Below, in pieces: positions 36,631 to 49,649 of a stretch of DNA of 62,099 nt. Where the stretch lies: positions 68,786,193 through 68,848,291 of the forward strand of contig NC_068984.1 of NCBI RefSeq assembly GCF_001194135.2, given 5' to 3'. This DNA comes from Octopus bimaculoides. Taxonomy: Eukaryota. Numbering within the stretch: position 1 is the first letter of the stretch; each line of letters starts with the position of its first letter. Position numbers and translations under genes: made by a program. The notes under the pieces were generated by a model. That model saw nothing but the letters and a program-made list of their open reading frames with translations, did no database searches and was not told where the DNA came from.

Positions 36631-38201
36631 NNNNNNNNNNNNNNNNNNNNNNNNNNNNNNNNNNNNNNNNNNNNNNNNNNNNNNNNNNNNNNNNNNNNNN
36701 NNNNNNNNNNNNNNNNNNNNNNNNNNNNNNNNNNNNNNNNNNNNNNNNNNNNNNNNNNNNNNNNNNNNNNNNNNNNNNNNNNNNNNNNNNNNNNNNNNNN
36801 NNNNNNNNNNNNNNNNNNNNNNNNNNNNNNNNNNNNNNNNNNNNNNNNNNNNNNNNNNNNNNNNNNNNNNNNNNNNNNNNNNNNNNNNNNNNNNNNNNNN
36901 NNNNNNNNNNNNNNNNNNNNNNNNNNNNNNNNNNNNNNNNNNNNNNNNNNNNNNNNNNNNNNNNNNNNNNNNNNNNNNNNNNNNNNNNNNNNNNNNNNNN
37001 NNNNNNNNNNNNNNNNNNNNNNNNNNNNNNNNNNNNNNNNNNNNNNNNNNNNNNNNNNNNNNNNNNNNNNNNNNNNNNNNNNNNNNNNNNNNNNNNNNNN
37101 NNNNNNNNNNNNNNNNNNNNNNNNNNNNNNNNNNNNNNNNNNNNNNNNNNNNNNNNNNNNNNNNNNNNNNNNNNNNNNNNNNNNNNNNNATATATATATA
37201 TATATACGTATATACACACATAAATATACACACACATATACACGTATATACATATATATGCATACACATATGCTTACAAATACACTCACAAGTTCACACT
37301 CACACATTGGTATAATTGGTTTTAGCAATGAATACAGATTCAATCGGATTACTCGTAGTTGCAGGGAATAATGGGGGATTGAATATCAGACACTTACGGA
37401 AGTGGGAAGAACATGGGAGAATGAAAGGTGTTGCAAAATAAACACGGCTTTTCATTGAAACAGAAGAAAGGTTGAACGTAAGAAATATATGAAGAAAAAA
37501 AGAAGAAAAGAAAAAATAAGCGTGTACTTGCTACAATGAAGGAAAATACTGACATATTGAAAGCTGGAAAGGTAGGCAGATGGAAGGATAGAAAGAGGGA
37601 GAGTGGGAGAGGGAGAGGGGGAGAGAGAACAAGAAAGAGAGAAATTATTTTTCAATGACAAACAACATGAAAGTGTGAAGGTGTTAAGATAAAGAAATAA
37701 AAGGCGAAAACATTGAATGCAGTTTTCTTGAAGAAGCAGAAGAAAATTACGAAGCTTGTAGTAGATTTAACTGCAGCATTATTACTGCAGTATGCTATGA
37801 TAACCTTTTCAATAAGAGAACACGCCCTTATTTGAACTCAAACGCTGGTGCTTGCCTTTTATTCTATGGATTATTGATTGAAAAATGAAGCAACACAATT
37901 ACTTGATTATTTCAGAACCCACACGCACACCCACAAATACATATGTACACGCACGAACACGCATACACACGGACGCGCGAACACACATACGCATTTTCGC
38001 ACACACATGCACACACATACATGATTATTAATACGTTGTAAACGAAAGAAAATTGTTACTTGTATTAAGCAGTATGTGTGATCTTTAGTAAATGTTACTT
38101 CGACAACATTTAATCTAATCTGTTGTTTGCAAAGAGAAGACTTCGACATGATAAGTTTTCGTTTAAGAATAATGAAGCCTTTCATTACCAACGTGTGTGT
38201 T

Positions 38202-38237
<36 letters not shown>

Positions 38238-38534
38238 TGTGTGTATGTGTGCACGCGCGTGTATTTGTTTGTGTATATATCTACATACATATATACATAC
38301 ATACACACATATACATACACTCATACATACACGTATACATATAAGCATACATGCATATACACACACATATATACTACGCGCGCACACACACACACACATA
38401 TATATACTACGCATACACACACACACACATATATACATACGGGGAATGTTGCCACAACCCTTGCCTTTAGTTCTTCTTTCGTGTTACAAATGTGTTTTTG
38501 TTGGTCTCTCGCTTAACTGCACTGCACACATAGC

Positions 38535-39101
38535 AATCATGGAGATTGCAGTCTGGGGAGGTAGGTGGCTAGATGTTAGGGGTGATGTGATCGCAGAAAT
38601 TATCTGACAGCCATGACTGGGTTCTCCTGCTTGCGTGGCATGGGGCAAAGTCCTGTCACCAGACAGAGGGTCTTCCAGCCGCCACTCACTTGACCCAGGG
38701 CAGCACTACCTCCTCTAGGCACTTGATGTAGACCTCTGTGTTGTGCCTGAGGCTGTGTGGGAAGCTGAATGGAGATATGACGTTGCAAATCACTAGTGAT
38801 TACTCGAAACACTATGATGTTGACCGGATGTTTGATTTTTATCACTCTCGGTACATGTTTTGGGGACATGACAAGACAACGGTTGTTCTGTGTGTTCACC
38901 CTCTGTTCGTAGTGGAGTGTCCGGCGCGAATACCAAGTAGTACAGCATGTCGTTTCCAAATTTCTGGCAGAGCGAATTGCGTCATGGTGCTGTTTTTTCT
39001 CACAGACGGTGTCCAACAGACCCTAATATACTGTGTAGTCAAAACAATGAGCATGCGGGTAATTGAAAATGTAAAATTGCGACACTATACCCATCGTACC
39101 C
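38535..39101 (-). mobile_element. DD37D maT transposon, internally deleted, 3' truncated
   Basis: VNTQNNRCLVMSPKHVPRVIKIKHPVNIIVFRVITSD and a degraded 5' TIR near 39075-39101. Same family as 6791-7663. Confidence 0.9.
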
Positions 39102-39700
39102 CCTCTCTCTCTCTCTCTCTCTCTCCCTATATATATATATATATATATATANNNNNNNNNNNNNNNNNNNNNNNNNNNNNNNNNNNNNNNNNNNNNNNNN
39201 NNNNNNNNNNNNNNNNNNNNNNNNNNNNNNNNNNNNNNNNNNNNNNNNNNNNNNNNNNNNNNNNNNNNNNNNNNNNNNNNNNNNNNNNNNNNNNNNNNNN
39301 NNNNNNNNNNNNNNNNNNNNNNNNNNNNNNNNNNNNNNNNNNNNNNNNNNNNNNNNNNNNNNNNNNNNNNNNNNNNNNNNNNNNNNNNNNNNNNNNNNNN
39401 NNNNNNNNNNNNNNNNNNNNNNNNNNNNNNNNNNNNNNNNNNNNNNNNNNNNNNNNNNNNNNNNNNNNNNNNNNNNNNNNNNNNNNNNNNNNNNNNNNNN
39501 NNNNNNNNNNNNNNNNNNNNNNNNNNNNNNNNNNNNNNNNNNNNNNNNNNNNNNNNNNNNNNNNNNNNNNNNNNNNNNNNNNNNNNNNNNNNNNNNNNNN
39601 NNNNNNNNNNNNNNNNNNNNNNNNNNNNNNNNNNNNNNNNNNNNNNNNNNNNNNNNNNNNNNNNNNNNNNNNNNNNNNNNNNNNNNNNNNNNNNNNNNNN

Positions 39701-40108
39701 NATATCCTTTTATTCTTTTACTTGCTTCAATCAGTTGACTGCGGCCATGCTGGAACACCGCATTAATGCTTTTAGTAAAACAAATCCACACCAGGACTTA
39801 TTCTTTTAATACATATATGCTTCCTATAGGTCTCTTTTTCCATAGGTCTCTTTTACAAACAGTTAAGTTACGGGGACAAGCACAAAGATACACGCATGCA
39901 TGCACACACACACACACACACACGCACACACACACACACACATACGACGGGCTTCTTTCGGTTTCCGTCTACCAAATCCACTCACAATGCTTTGTTCTAC
40001 CTGAATATTAGAAGACACTCACCAAAGAAGCCATGCAGTGGAACTGAACCAAAAGCCATAAGGGTGGGAAGCAAGCTTTTTACCACACAGCCACGCCTGC
40101 GCCTACAC
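39701..40108 (-). mobile_element. SINE family B, full length
   Basis: Head TAGGCGCAGGCGTGGCTGTGTGGTAAAAAGC; body and tail match 27298-27704. Confidence 0.9.
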
Positions 40109-40420
40109 GCTCTTTCTGCCAATGTCTGTCTATCTGTGTACTTGTGTATAAGTGCATGAACATGTGCACGTGTGTATTTATTATTGAACTATTCAATCTT
40201 TTGTTTTAGTTTCAGTCTCTGTCCATTATCGATCACAGAAAGATGAGAGATAATTTTCGTTTGGGCACAATTTTAAAATCAGAGCCTAAAGTTAATGTAG
40301 TAATCGGAAGATAACCAATTGAGATCTCTGGTAATTCTATTGAAACACATATACGCGTACACTCATATATATATAATTTTATATATATATATATATATAT
40401 ANNNNNNNNNNCCCCATAAG

Positions 40421-40470
<50 letters not shown>

Positions 40471-41084
40471 GCGGTCAGTTGTTATACTTCCGAGAAAAAC
40501 TCACTCTAAAGAAACTTTTAAGCAGTAATATTTAATGTAGTTTTGATTTTGGCTGGTTTGAATGTTACTATTTGTTTCGCGTAAATTATCCTCTTAACAG
40601 TGTGTGATCTACCAGAAGTTCTGGCTGGAGGGATATAACCTCATTACTATTGAAGGAAAGAATGCAGTCTTGGTCAGCCAGTGTTGTGAAAAATATTCCT
40701 GAAACGAAATACTTGGAAGCAGAAACCTCTCCTGGGTGCGATGGAGTTATTTCGCTTTGACCAACTCCAGTTGTGTCCGTAAAGTGTCACTTTATGTGTG
40801 ATGATCGTTCTTTTGGCAGCAAACGGGGAACTCTATATCTACAACATGAATTTTCTCTCGTAAGGGCACCGACTAAAAGTTTTCCCTTTTGGAATTTAAT
40901 AAGCTGCTAGGTCAAGCGTATCTTTTAGGATCCCTGCCCCTCGGCTAACCAAAATTTGTATCGTCTGTTTCCGTTGAGGTTTGTTCCAAGCCGCTCCAGT
41001 AGCTTCAATTTAATCCTGTATGGCATTCCTTCTACTTTTAAACGCATTTGTAGCTAGCCAAAGATGCAAAGATATGTATATTTA

Positions 41085-41303
41085 TGACACAGGCGTAGCT
41101 ATGCGGTAAGAAATTTGCTTCCAAATTATATGGTTTGGGTTCAGTCGAAGAGCATGACAACTTCGGAGTGTCTTCTGCTATTTTTGTGAGTGGATTTCGT
41201 ACACGGGGACTGGAAGAAACCAGTGTAATGCATGTGTATGCATTCACACACACACACATAAACATATATATGTTTATATATGTGTGTGCGTGTGTATGTG
41301 CGT

Positions 41304-41342
<39 letters not shown>

Positions 41343-41625
41343 TGTGCGTGAGTGTGCGTGCGTGTGTATACATATAAATGAATGTGTGTATGTTACTGTC
41401 TCCATGTCTTGATATCTCATGAGATTTATAAACAAGTGATACTGTCATGCAAGCGATAACATTAATTTCCAGTATTCTGTGAAAACATATCTGGCTAAGG
41501 GCAAATATTAACTTACTTAGGAACAAGTGCGGGTTGACGAGAGGAAGGCAATTCGGGCATAGAAAATCTGCTACAATAAACTCTACTCAACGCAAGAAAG
41601 CATGAAATGGTGGACATTAAAATTA
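41085..41625 (+). mobile_element. SINE with family B head and a different 3' body
   Basis: Head CAGGCGTAGCTATGCGGTAAGAAATTTGCTTCC...GGGTTCAGTC, then a TG tract, then GGGTTGACGAGAGGAAGGCAATTCGGGCATAGAAAATCTGC...GGACATTAAA, which is unlike the family B tail. Confidence 0.75.
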
Positions 41626-41627
41626 TG

Positions 41628-41662
<35 letters not shown>

Positions 41663-41834
41663 TATATAATATAATATAGGATAAAATCTTTATAAGAATT
41701 TATCAAGTAGTCAGCGTGAAAAAAACCTCATAATGAAAAAAATTTCAGCATTTTTTTCATAAATATATATAATTTATATAAAGGGCATTAACTGTGTAGT
41801 ACTGCCTCAGGCTTCGAGGGACTAAATAAGTAAA

Positions 41835-42020
41835 AAAAACTACCAAAAAATAAGCAACATATTTACCGAAAGCGAGGGAATGCAGCTTTCTTCACAGTTT
41901 TTCTGTATTGATTGAGAAACCAGTGGTTTACCGTTAAGTTAAATGTTTTTAAGAGATTAATTTTGAAAGCTGCATTCCCTCGCTTTCGGTAAATATGTTG
42001 CTTATTTTTTGGTAGTTTTT
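41835..42020. repeat. Perfect 56-bp inverted repeat with a 74-bp spacer; right arm cut by a gap
   Basis: 41835-41890 is the exact reverse complement of 41965-42020. Confidence 0.95.
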
Positions 42021-42248
42021 NNNNNNNNNNNNNNNNNNNNNNNNNNNNNNNNNNNNNNNNNNNNNNNNNNNNNNNNNNNNNNNNNNNNNNNNNNNNNNNN
42101 NNNNNNNNNNNNNNNNNNNNNNNNNNNNNNNNNNNNNNNNNNNNNNNNNNNNNNNNNNNNNNNNNNNNNNNNNNNNNNNNATATATATATATATATATAC
42201 ATATATATAATGATTATATATTTTACGTATTTTAAGTATGCAGATATA

Positions 42249-42465
42249 CGGTAATCCGTCGACTATCGCGGGTGTTACGTTCCAAATCCCCCCACGGTAG
42301 GCGAAAATCCGTGAAGTGGAAACAGTACTGTATTTTATTTAAAAAAATGTTTATATAGTTTGCATATACTTATTTTATCATAAATGCAAAATATCACAGA
42401 GGAATCGACGCAAACTTAAATAATAAACCGCGGTAGGTGAACCGTGATATGGCGAGAAATTACTG
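42249..42465. mobile_element. Tigger/pogo-type MITE
   Basis: TA-CGGTAATCCGTCGACTATCGCGG ... CCGTGATATGGCGAGAAATTACTG-TA. Confidence 0.85.
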
Positions 42466-43006
42466 TATTTCATGGCAAGTTATATTAAATTTAGGGAGGA
42501 AAACAGTTTAAATCTCTGAGCGAGAAAAAGGTAGTAACATCGTCCTAATCAGGACTGCCAATTTACGTTGGCAAATAGATTTTACTTTATATTAAATTTG
42601 ATATTTATAGTTTATATTGATGCAAACGTTAGATCTTTTAATGTGGTATATTATATAATTACTAATATAAGTCCAAAGAAATATTTAAACCCCAGACACA
42701 TTTTCCCCCCTTTCATCCAGTCTATTAAAAATAGATCATTATTAGATTTTATACATAACACGATGATCGTTTTAGCTATTGTGTAACTAAATGGTTCTAT
42801 GGTTACTTTTTAATTTTTCAAATCTCTACTATTTATTTTTGTTACTTCGTTTATTGGTTTTGGAATTGTCCTGCATAAATAAGATGAAAATCCTCTATTC
42901 AATCATATGCGATCTTAAAATTTAATATAATAACACATACAAACATGCATGATCGCTTGAGTCAAAGTCTATAGCTGAGTTGTATCTGCGTATACACGTG
43001 TGTATA

Positions 43007-43039
<33 letters not shown>

Positions 43040-43416
43040 NNNNNNNNNNNNNNNNNNNNNNNNNNNNNNNNNNNNNNNNNNNNNNNNNNNNNNNNNNNNN
43101 NNNNNNNNNNNNNNNNNNNNNNNNNNNNNNNNNNNNNNNNNNNNNNNNNNNNNNNNNNNNNNNNNNNNNNNNNNNNNNNNNNNNNNNNNNNNNNNNNNNN
43201 NNNNNNNNNNNNNNNNNNNNNNNNNNNNNNNNNNNNNNNNNNNNNNNNNNNNNNNNNNNNNNNNNNNNNNNNNNNNNNNNNNNNNNNNNNNNNNNNNNNN
43301 NNNNNNNNNNNNNNNNNNNNNNNNNNNNNNNNNNNNNNNNNNNNNNNNNNNNNNNNNNNNNNNNNNNNNNNNNNNNNNNNNNNNNNNNNNNNNNNNNNNN
43401 NNNNNNNNNNNNNNNN

Positions 43417-43448
<32 letters not shown>

Positions 43449-45228
43449 AACGTGTACATACGTATGTATGTATGTATGTATGTATGTATGTATGTATGTA
43501 TGTATAATAGTTACTGTATCTGCATTTAGTACATTTGAATATGCAACTGCAGCTTGTAAATTTAGCGTTCCACATTGTGTATCATTATCTAGTAAAATTC
43601 TGTGGTTGCTGCTGCGCTAAGTAATATTACTTGTTAAGCTGTACAGAACAAATATATAAAAAAAATCACGATAAACAAATGTTGCATTTTATACCATTTT
43701 ACCTCCATGCGCGTTTGGTTATGGTGGCTTTTTGCCTCCTCTGTAATAGACGTTCATCATACGTAAATACATGCATACATACATATACATATATATATAT
43801 ACCATCAGTTTGCGCGTTGTTGTATGTGTGAACATATGTTAGGGTTCTCTTAGTGCTACTGCTAATATATTACTTACTACAACGTGATGCATGGTCGCAC
43901 CATCAGCGACTAAACTAGCAACTCTACCCAGCTTGCTTTGTAAGGAGAGCGGTTTTGAATGTACACCCTACAGTATGAAAAACAAAACCTCTGAATGTGC
44001 TGATGAACTCAGTACAGTGAACGGCCTTCCAACATTTGCGACTGTGAGACCCCTACTCCTTATTTAAATATCTTTTGAGGAGAAGGGAATTGCAGCATAA
44101 CATCCGCTTGCTTGCTTCGAGATTACTTGGCTTTTCTTTGCGTCAGAGTTTTGGTGATGTTTAACAAATTGTTATTGACTTCAAATTTCAGCACGGGCAT
44201 TGCTGACCTCCATTATTTTTGATATTTAAGATATAACTTGTCAGTGACGGTCATATTCGCGTTCGAGTTATCAGCCTAACACAAGAATAGTTAGTGATTA
44301 ATTAAATTACATATAACAGGTTACTCAAATAATCCCGAGGAGTATAATCTAATATGTGGATTCACTGAACCATATAAAGGCATAGGTGTTGCAATGACAT
44401 AGTAAACATCAATTTAGTAATTTTTAGTAAAAACCCTAATTTCTCATAAATTTGTCGGGTGCTTAAACTCCAATTAATGATAATCTTTTTCAAAACTACT
44501 TTCTCTTTTACTTATGAAACTACATCTATCCGAATAGCTTAAGGTAAGACAAGATTCCATAAGTGAAGTAGTGAAATTTCTGCCAGACCTATCAATTTCA
44601 CATATTATATAATTATACAACATAGATAAATGTCCTCTATAAACGCACAAATAAATTTATTGTAGTTTAATAATATCCAACATCTATCTTTTTGACCCAT
44701 TGCGACTTATTAAAAATAAGACAACTAGTCATAGTTATGTCCATTTATCACATATTGCAACTTGACTAATAAATAAATATTAAAATGAAAAATGGTTCAT
44801 AACTTTTACACGTCAATAATATTTGTAGACTATACCTCTTATCGATAAATTCTAAATTCACATATCGATTATTCTTCCTATCAATATCACACTAGTCACT
44901 TAAATTAAAATATATACCACAACACGCACGCATACACACACTCAAACGCACACTCACATAGACACACACTTATATAAATATACTCTTACGTAGCTTAACG
45001 TCGGACGAATGAGAAAAGAGTGTTCAGTACAAGCTATTGTGGATATGGTTTGATTTATTAAAACTGAAGCAGAGAGTTCATTTTTCCAGCCGGGTTTTAC
45101 GTCATTGTGATCACCAGGCGAAACTGAGTGCATTTATGCGTGTATGTGTGGGTGCGTGAATGTATGTATGTACGTACATACGAACATACTTACATAGATA
45201 AATGAATGCATATATACATACACACACA

Positions 45229-45271
<43 letters not shown>

Positions 45272-45501
45272 NNNNNNNNNNNNNNNNNNNNNNNNNNNNN
45301 NNNNNNNNNNNNNNNNNNNNNNNNNNNNNNNNNNNNNNNNNNNNNNNNNNNNNNNNNNNNNNNNNNNNNNNNNNNNNNNNNNNNNNNNNNNNNNNNNNNN
45401 NNNNNNNNNNNNNNNNNNNNNNNNNNNNNNNNNNNNNNNNNNNNNNNNNNNNNNNNNNNNNNNNNNNNNNNNNNNNNNNNNNNNNNATATATATAAATTT
45501 A

Positions 45502-46010
45502 TAGGTTAAAGCAAAGAAAAAGGCAAATAATTGGCTGAGACATGACAAGGACATTTAATTTAATTCAAATTTAATCTGGCTACATGACAAATGGTAAAAA
45601 TAGTAAAAATACTGTTTTTGACAGCTGTTTCTTGGACATCCTAGCTATTGGAGCTTCGTACCGATCCAAGACTCTGTAAGTTGAGTATACCGTCATCGGG
45701 AAAATATAGGTTAGGTAGTGGAAGAAAGTTCCTTGTCCATGAAGAACTCCTAGACATAGAACCAAAACAAATATCATTGATGCGGAACTTGCTTCCACTG
45801 TCTAACCTATATCTCTCCGATGATGGTATAGTAAACTTATTGAGTCTTCACTCGATACGATGCTCCAATAACTGAGATATGCTAGAACCAGCTATCAGAG
45901 ACTATTTTTTACCATTCGTTATGTAGCCAAATTAGATTGAAATTAAATTAAATTAAATGTCCTTGTCATATCTTGCCTACTTGTTTTTCTTTCCTCACTA
46001 CTTTAACCTA
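45502..46010. mobile_element. ~510-bp foldback palindrome (putative TA-flanked MITE)
   Basis: Arms 45502-45732 and 45784-46010 are reverse-complementary along their length. Ends are TAGGTTAAAG and CTTTAACCTA; the loop is 51 nt. Confidence 0.88.
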
Positions 46011-46174
46011 CACCTACTGACTCAAAGGGAGGTCACCTTTAGCCGTCTTGAACGAGGCAATCATATAATCACATCTTCAACGGCTGTTTAACCTCGAATT
46101 TTAGTGGCGTATCTATTTGAGCACTTAGAACGCATACCTATTAGTTTGAGTCATCCTGTCGAAAGTGACACTAA

Positions 46175-46683
46175 TGCTGTTGTTCATTCTTTAAGGTTCG
46201 AAATCTGGACAGATTGTACAGTTCCTCATGGAATTGATACTTAACATCTAGAGAAGGGTTGCTAGGTGAAATTTCGTGGTGCCTGACCCCATAGTACAGG
46301 GAAAGCAAACTTGGGGTGAATTCTCCTTGTTTTAAGCAGCTGCCGATCGGAGTAAACCTTCTGACGTAGTTTTGATGCATCACTCGTTCTGTCATGCTAT
46401 TGTGGAGTGTTCGCTCGAGTATCATCACAAAACGATCAGGGCAATCATATGCTCCATAACCAGATCGTTCAGTCTGACAAGCAATATCCAGAACAAAAGT
46501 ACTTGCACAATCTGCTTCAAACTCAATCTGTCCGGATTTCAACAGCTTTATGCGTTATACACCACAGGAAGAAAAAGATATCTTACATAGTTCGGAAGTA
46601 TTCATCCACACAGTGTAAGTCCTAGAGAATTGTGGAGGGCAGTATTCGAACAGCCCATGTCACTTTCAGAAAACTCTTTCGAT
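46175..46683 (-). pseudogene. RTE-clade LINE RT fragment (inverted 5' segment)
   Basis: CPDRFVMILERTLHNSMTERVMH (like CPxKFVxIxRxFHDGMxARV), GSCLKQG, LYNLSRFRT (like LFNLxRLxA). Confidence 0.78.
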
Positions 46684-47150
46684 AGCAAAATTTGAAATTA
46701 CAAACCAGACCTGTGGTTTATCAAACCATGGTTATTTCCACATTATGAGATGCAGATTTGTACCATCGCAATATTCAATAACTGGAACGATTTCAACTAC
46801 GGAAACATGGGTCAGTTATGAAATTCAAATGGAAGGATTATGGCAACGGCCTTGCAATTCTTGAATGGGCCAAAGCCAACAACAATGTGGCCGTCATTAT
46901 CAAACATTGGCTCAAATGGGTAGATCATGTCCTCGGTATGAATAGAAACGGAATGCCACGCCAAATCTTTTTGAGCGAAATTAGCATTGGGAAAAGATGA
47001 CGTAGTTGCCACGTTTTATGCTACAAAGGACAACTGAAACAGACGACGAAGACGGCACCTACATCGACCCTAAATGCTGGATGCAACACGGAAAAGGCAT
47101 AGCATTGTTATGATCGGCGTAGAATATATTGAGGAACACCTCGAGGAAAT
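46684..47150 (+). pseudogene. RTE-clade LINE C-terminal/3' segment
   Basis: LKLQTRPVVYQTMVISTL, LERFQLRK, VIIKHWLKWVDHVLGMNRNGMPRQIFLSEISIGKR (like RLRWxGHVxRMxxxRxPKxxFYxEL). Confidence 0.85.
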
Positions 47151-47322
47151 GAAGATAATAAACGGTTAGGATGAAAGATCTGCCAACACTGACCAAAGTC
47201 TCTACTGACCATTAAGTGACCTCTGGGGATAAAATTCAGCCTTTCCTGCCATCAGAGGCAGCGACATAAATGAGGAACTACAAGCGAAGGAAGTAATGCT
47301 TGGAAACGAGAAGCTCGGTAAG

Positions 47323-47366
<44 letters not shown>

Positions 47367-48910
47367 NNNNNNNNNNNNNNNNNNNNNNNNNNNNNNNNNN
47401 NNNNNNNNNNNNNNNNNNNNNNNNNNNNNNNNNNNNNNNNNNNNNNNNNNNNNNNNNNNNNNNNNNNNNNNNNNNNNNNNNNNNNNNNNNNNNNNNNNNN
47501 NNNNNNNNNNNNNNNNNNNNNNNNNNNNNNNNNNNNNNNNNNNNNNNNNNNNNNNNNNNNNNNNNNNNNNNNNNNNNNNNNNNNNNNNNNNNNNNNNNNN
47601 NNNNNNNNNNNNNNNNNNNNNNNNNNNNNNNNNNNNNNNNNNNNNNNNNNNNNNNNNNNNNNNNNNNNNNNNNNNNNNNNNNNNNNNNNNNNNNNNNNNN
47701 NNNNNNNNNNNNNNNNNNNNNNNNNNNNNNNNNNNNNNNNNNNNNNNNNNNNNNNNNNNNNNNNNNNNNNNNNNNNNNNNNNNNNNNNNNNNNNNNNNNN
47801 NNNNNNNNNNNNNNNNNNNNNNNNNNNNNNNNNNNNNNNNNNNNNNNNNNNNNNNNNNNNNNNNNNNNNNNNNNNNNNNNNNNNNNNNNNNNNNNNNNNN
47901 NATATATATATATATATATAACCGTATACATAAGTATATATATGTGCACGCGCGTGTGCATGTGAGACTCATTGTAATTGATGACCTAAACATATACTTA
48001 CTTAGATACACAGAAACATGCATAAACACACAGAAACATACATACACACATATATGTACACGCATAGATGCATAATTATATGGACGTATACTGACTAGAT
48101 ATTTACTTGAGATATGGCATGCATTATACAAGCATAGATTTTATTAAAATGGTTTGTAGTTAAATGTACGATGTGCTACCTGAATAATATTGGTCGGTTA
48201 CCTTTTACGCATTTGTGTGTATTCTTTCCAATCATTCACAAGGCACCTATTATTATTGGGATTTTTTTTTCTGTTTTCTTTCCCAACGCTGTGGTTATCT
48301 CTATTGCTAAGTTCTTGTATTTAAAAATTTTTCCATTTGTTTTTAGAAATCATTATTATATCTTGGGATTATTACATCTCTGGTTTCCGTTTATCATTTT
48401 CCTCTCTTTGTGAAGAGCATTGTCGTTTCGTTATTCTTGGAGACCTATTGCATTTCGTACCATCTCTTATCTGTTGGATGTAATGTTAGCATAATTTCCT
48501 GTATTTGAAATCCCTATCTCTGTCATACCTATAATTTCCAAGGTTCAAATGCACCACCTCTGTCAAGCCGTTTAGCTGAGAGTGGGCAGCAAGAATATAG
48601 TCGTTCGTCGTAAATATAATCTTTCTGTGTCAAATCTTGGTTAGTGCATCCTAANNNNNNNNNNNNNNNNNNNNNNNNNNNNNNNNNNNNNNNNNNNNNN
48701 NNNNNNNNNNNNNNNNNNNNNNNNNNNNNNNNNNNNNNNNNNNNNNNNNNNNNNNNNNNNNNNNNNNNNNNNNNNNNNNNNNNNNNNNNNNNNNNNNNNN
48801 NNNNNNNNNNNNNNNNNNNNNNNNNNNNNNNNNNNNNNNNNNNNNNNNNNNNNNNNNNNNNNNNNNNNNNNNNNNNNNNNNNNNNNNNNNNNNNNNNNNN
48901 NNNNNNNNNN

Positions 48911-48956
<46 letters not shown>

Positions 48957-49016
48957 GTTGTTGTTGTTGTTGTTGCTGCTACGACTGCTTCTGCGGCTGT
49001 TGTTGTTGTTGTTGTT
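48911..49016. repeat. (TAC)n/(TGT)n microsatellite
   Basis: Seen directly. Confidence 0.95.
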
Positions 49017-49649
49017 AAAGTGGACGAGTGTTTCTAAGAGAAATCCACGAGGAAAGTAATCTTTTTAACTGGATTACCCTATAAAAAAAAAAAAATTCTT
49101 TGTTCCAGAAGATATTCGTATTATTTGAAATTCAGTCCCCTTATCCGTGCTTGAAGAAGATTTGCTCGTGGATATTGTTAACCGTTTGCATAGTTTGGGC
49201 AAAGAGCCAGGTATAGTGTCTTTCGTGGCTTAAATTGCTTCAAATTGTATCAATTAGAAGCGTTAGCTGCCGTGATGGTAGCAATAACAAGAACAAATAC
49301 TACCGCAAATTATTTTCAAAAGAAGAAGGAAAAAATTTAGAAATGGAAAATATCAAAGAAACGAGACAGGACACATATTCAAGCTTAAATACAATTGAAC
49401 AAATGAAGAATAATGTTGGAAGTATTAATTTGAATGGAAAAACAACGACAACTTCCTCAACAAATACCTTCCACTTTTTAATACAAATTCATGGTTAAAA
49501 TAAGCTACTAGACTTGAGCTAATTCGATGAAAAAGAGAAAGAAATGGATAGGTGTGTCAAAACTAGCAGCTTCATAATGAACACATTTATTTAGTAAAGA
49601 GTGAGAAAAAGGAAGTCTACATAACAATAACTTTCAAAGATATACAAAG

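Noticed and set aside
45580-45875. Short ORFs on both strands, one with a signal-peptide-like MIFVLVLCLGVLHGQG
   Set aside because: They lie inside the foldback palindrome and have no splice or homology support.
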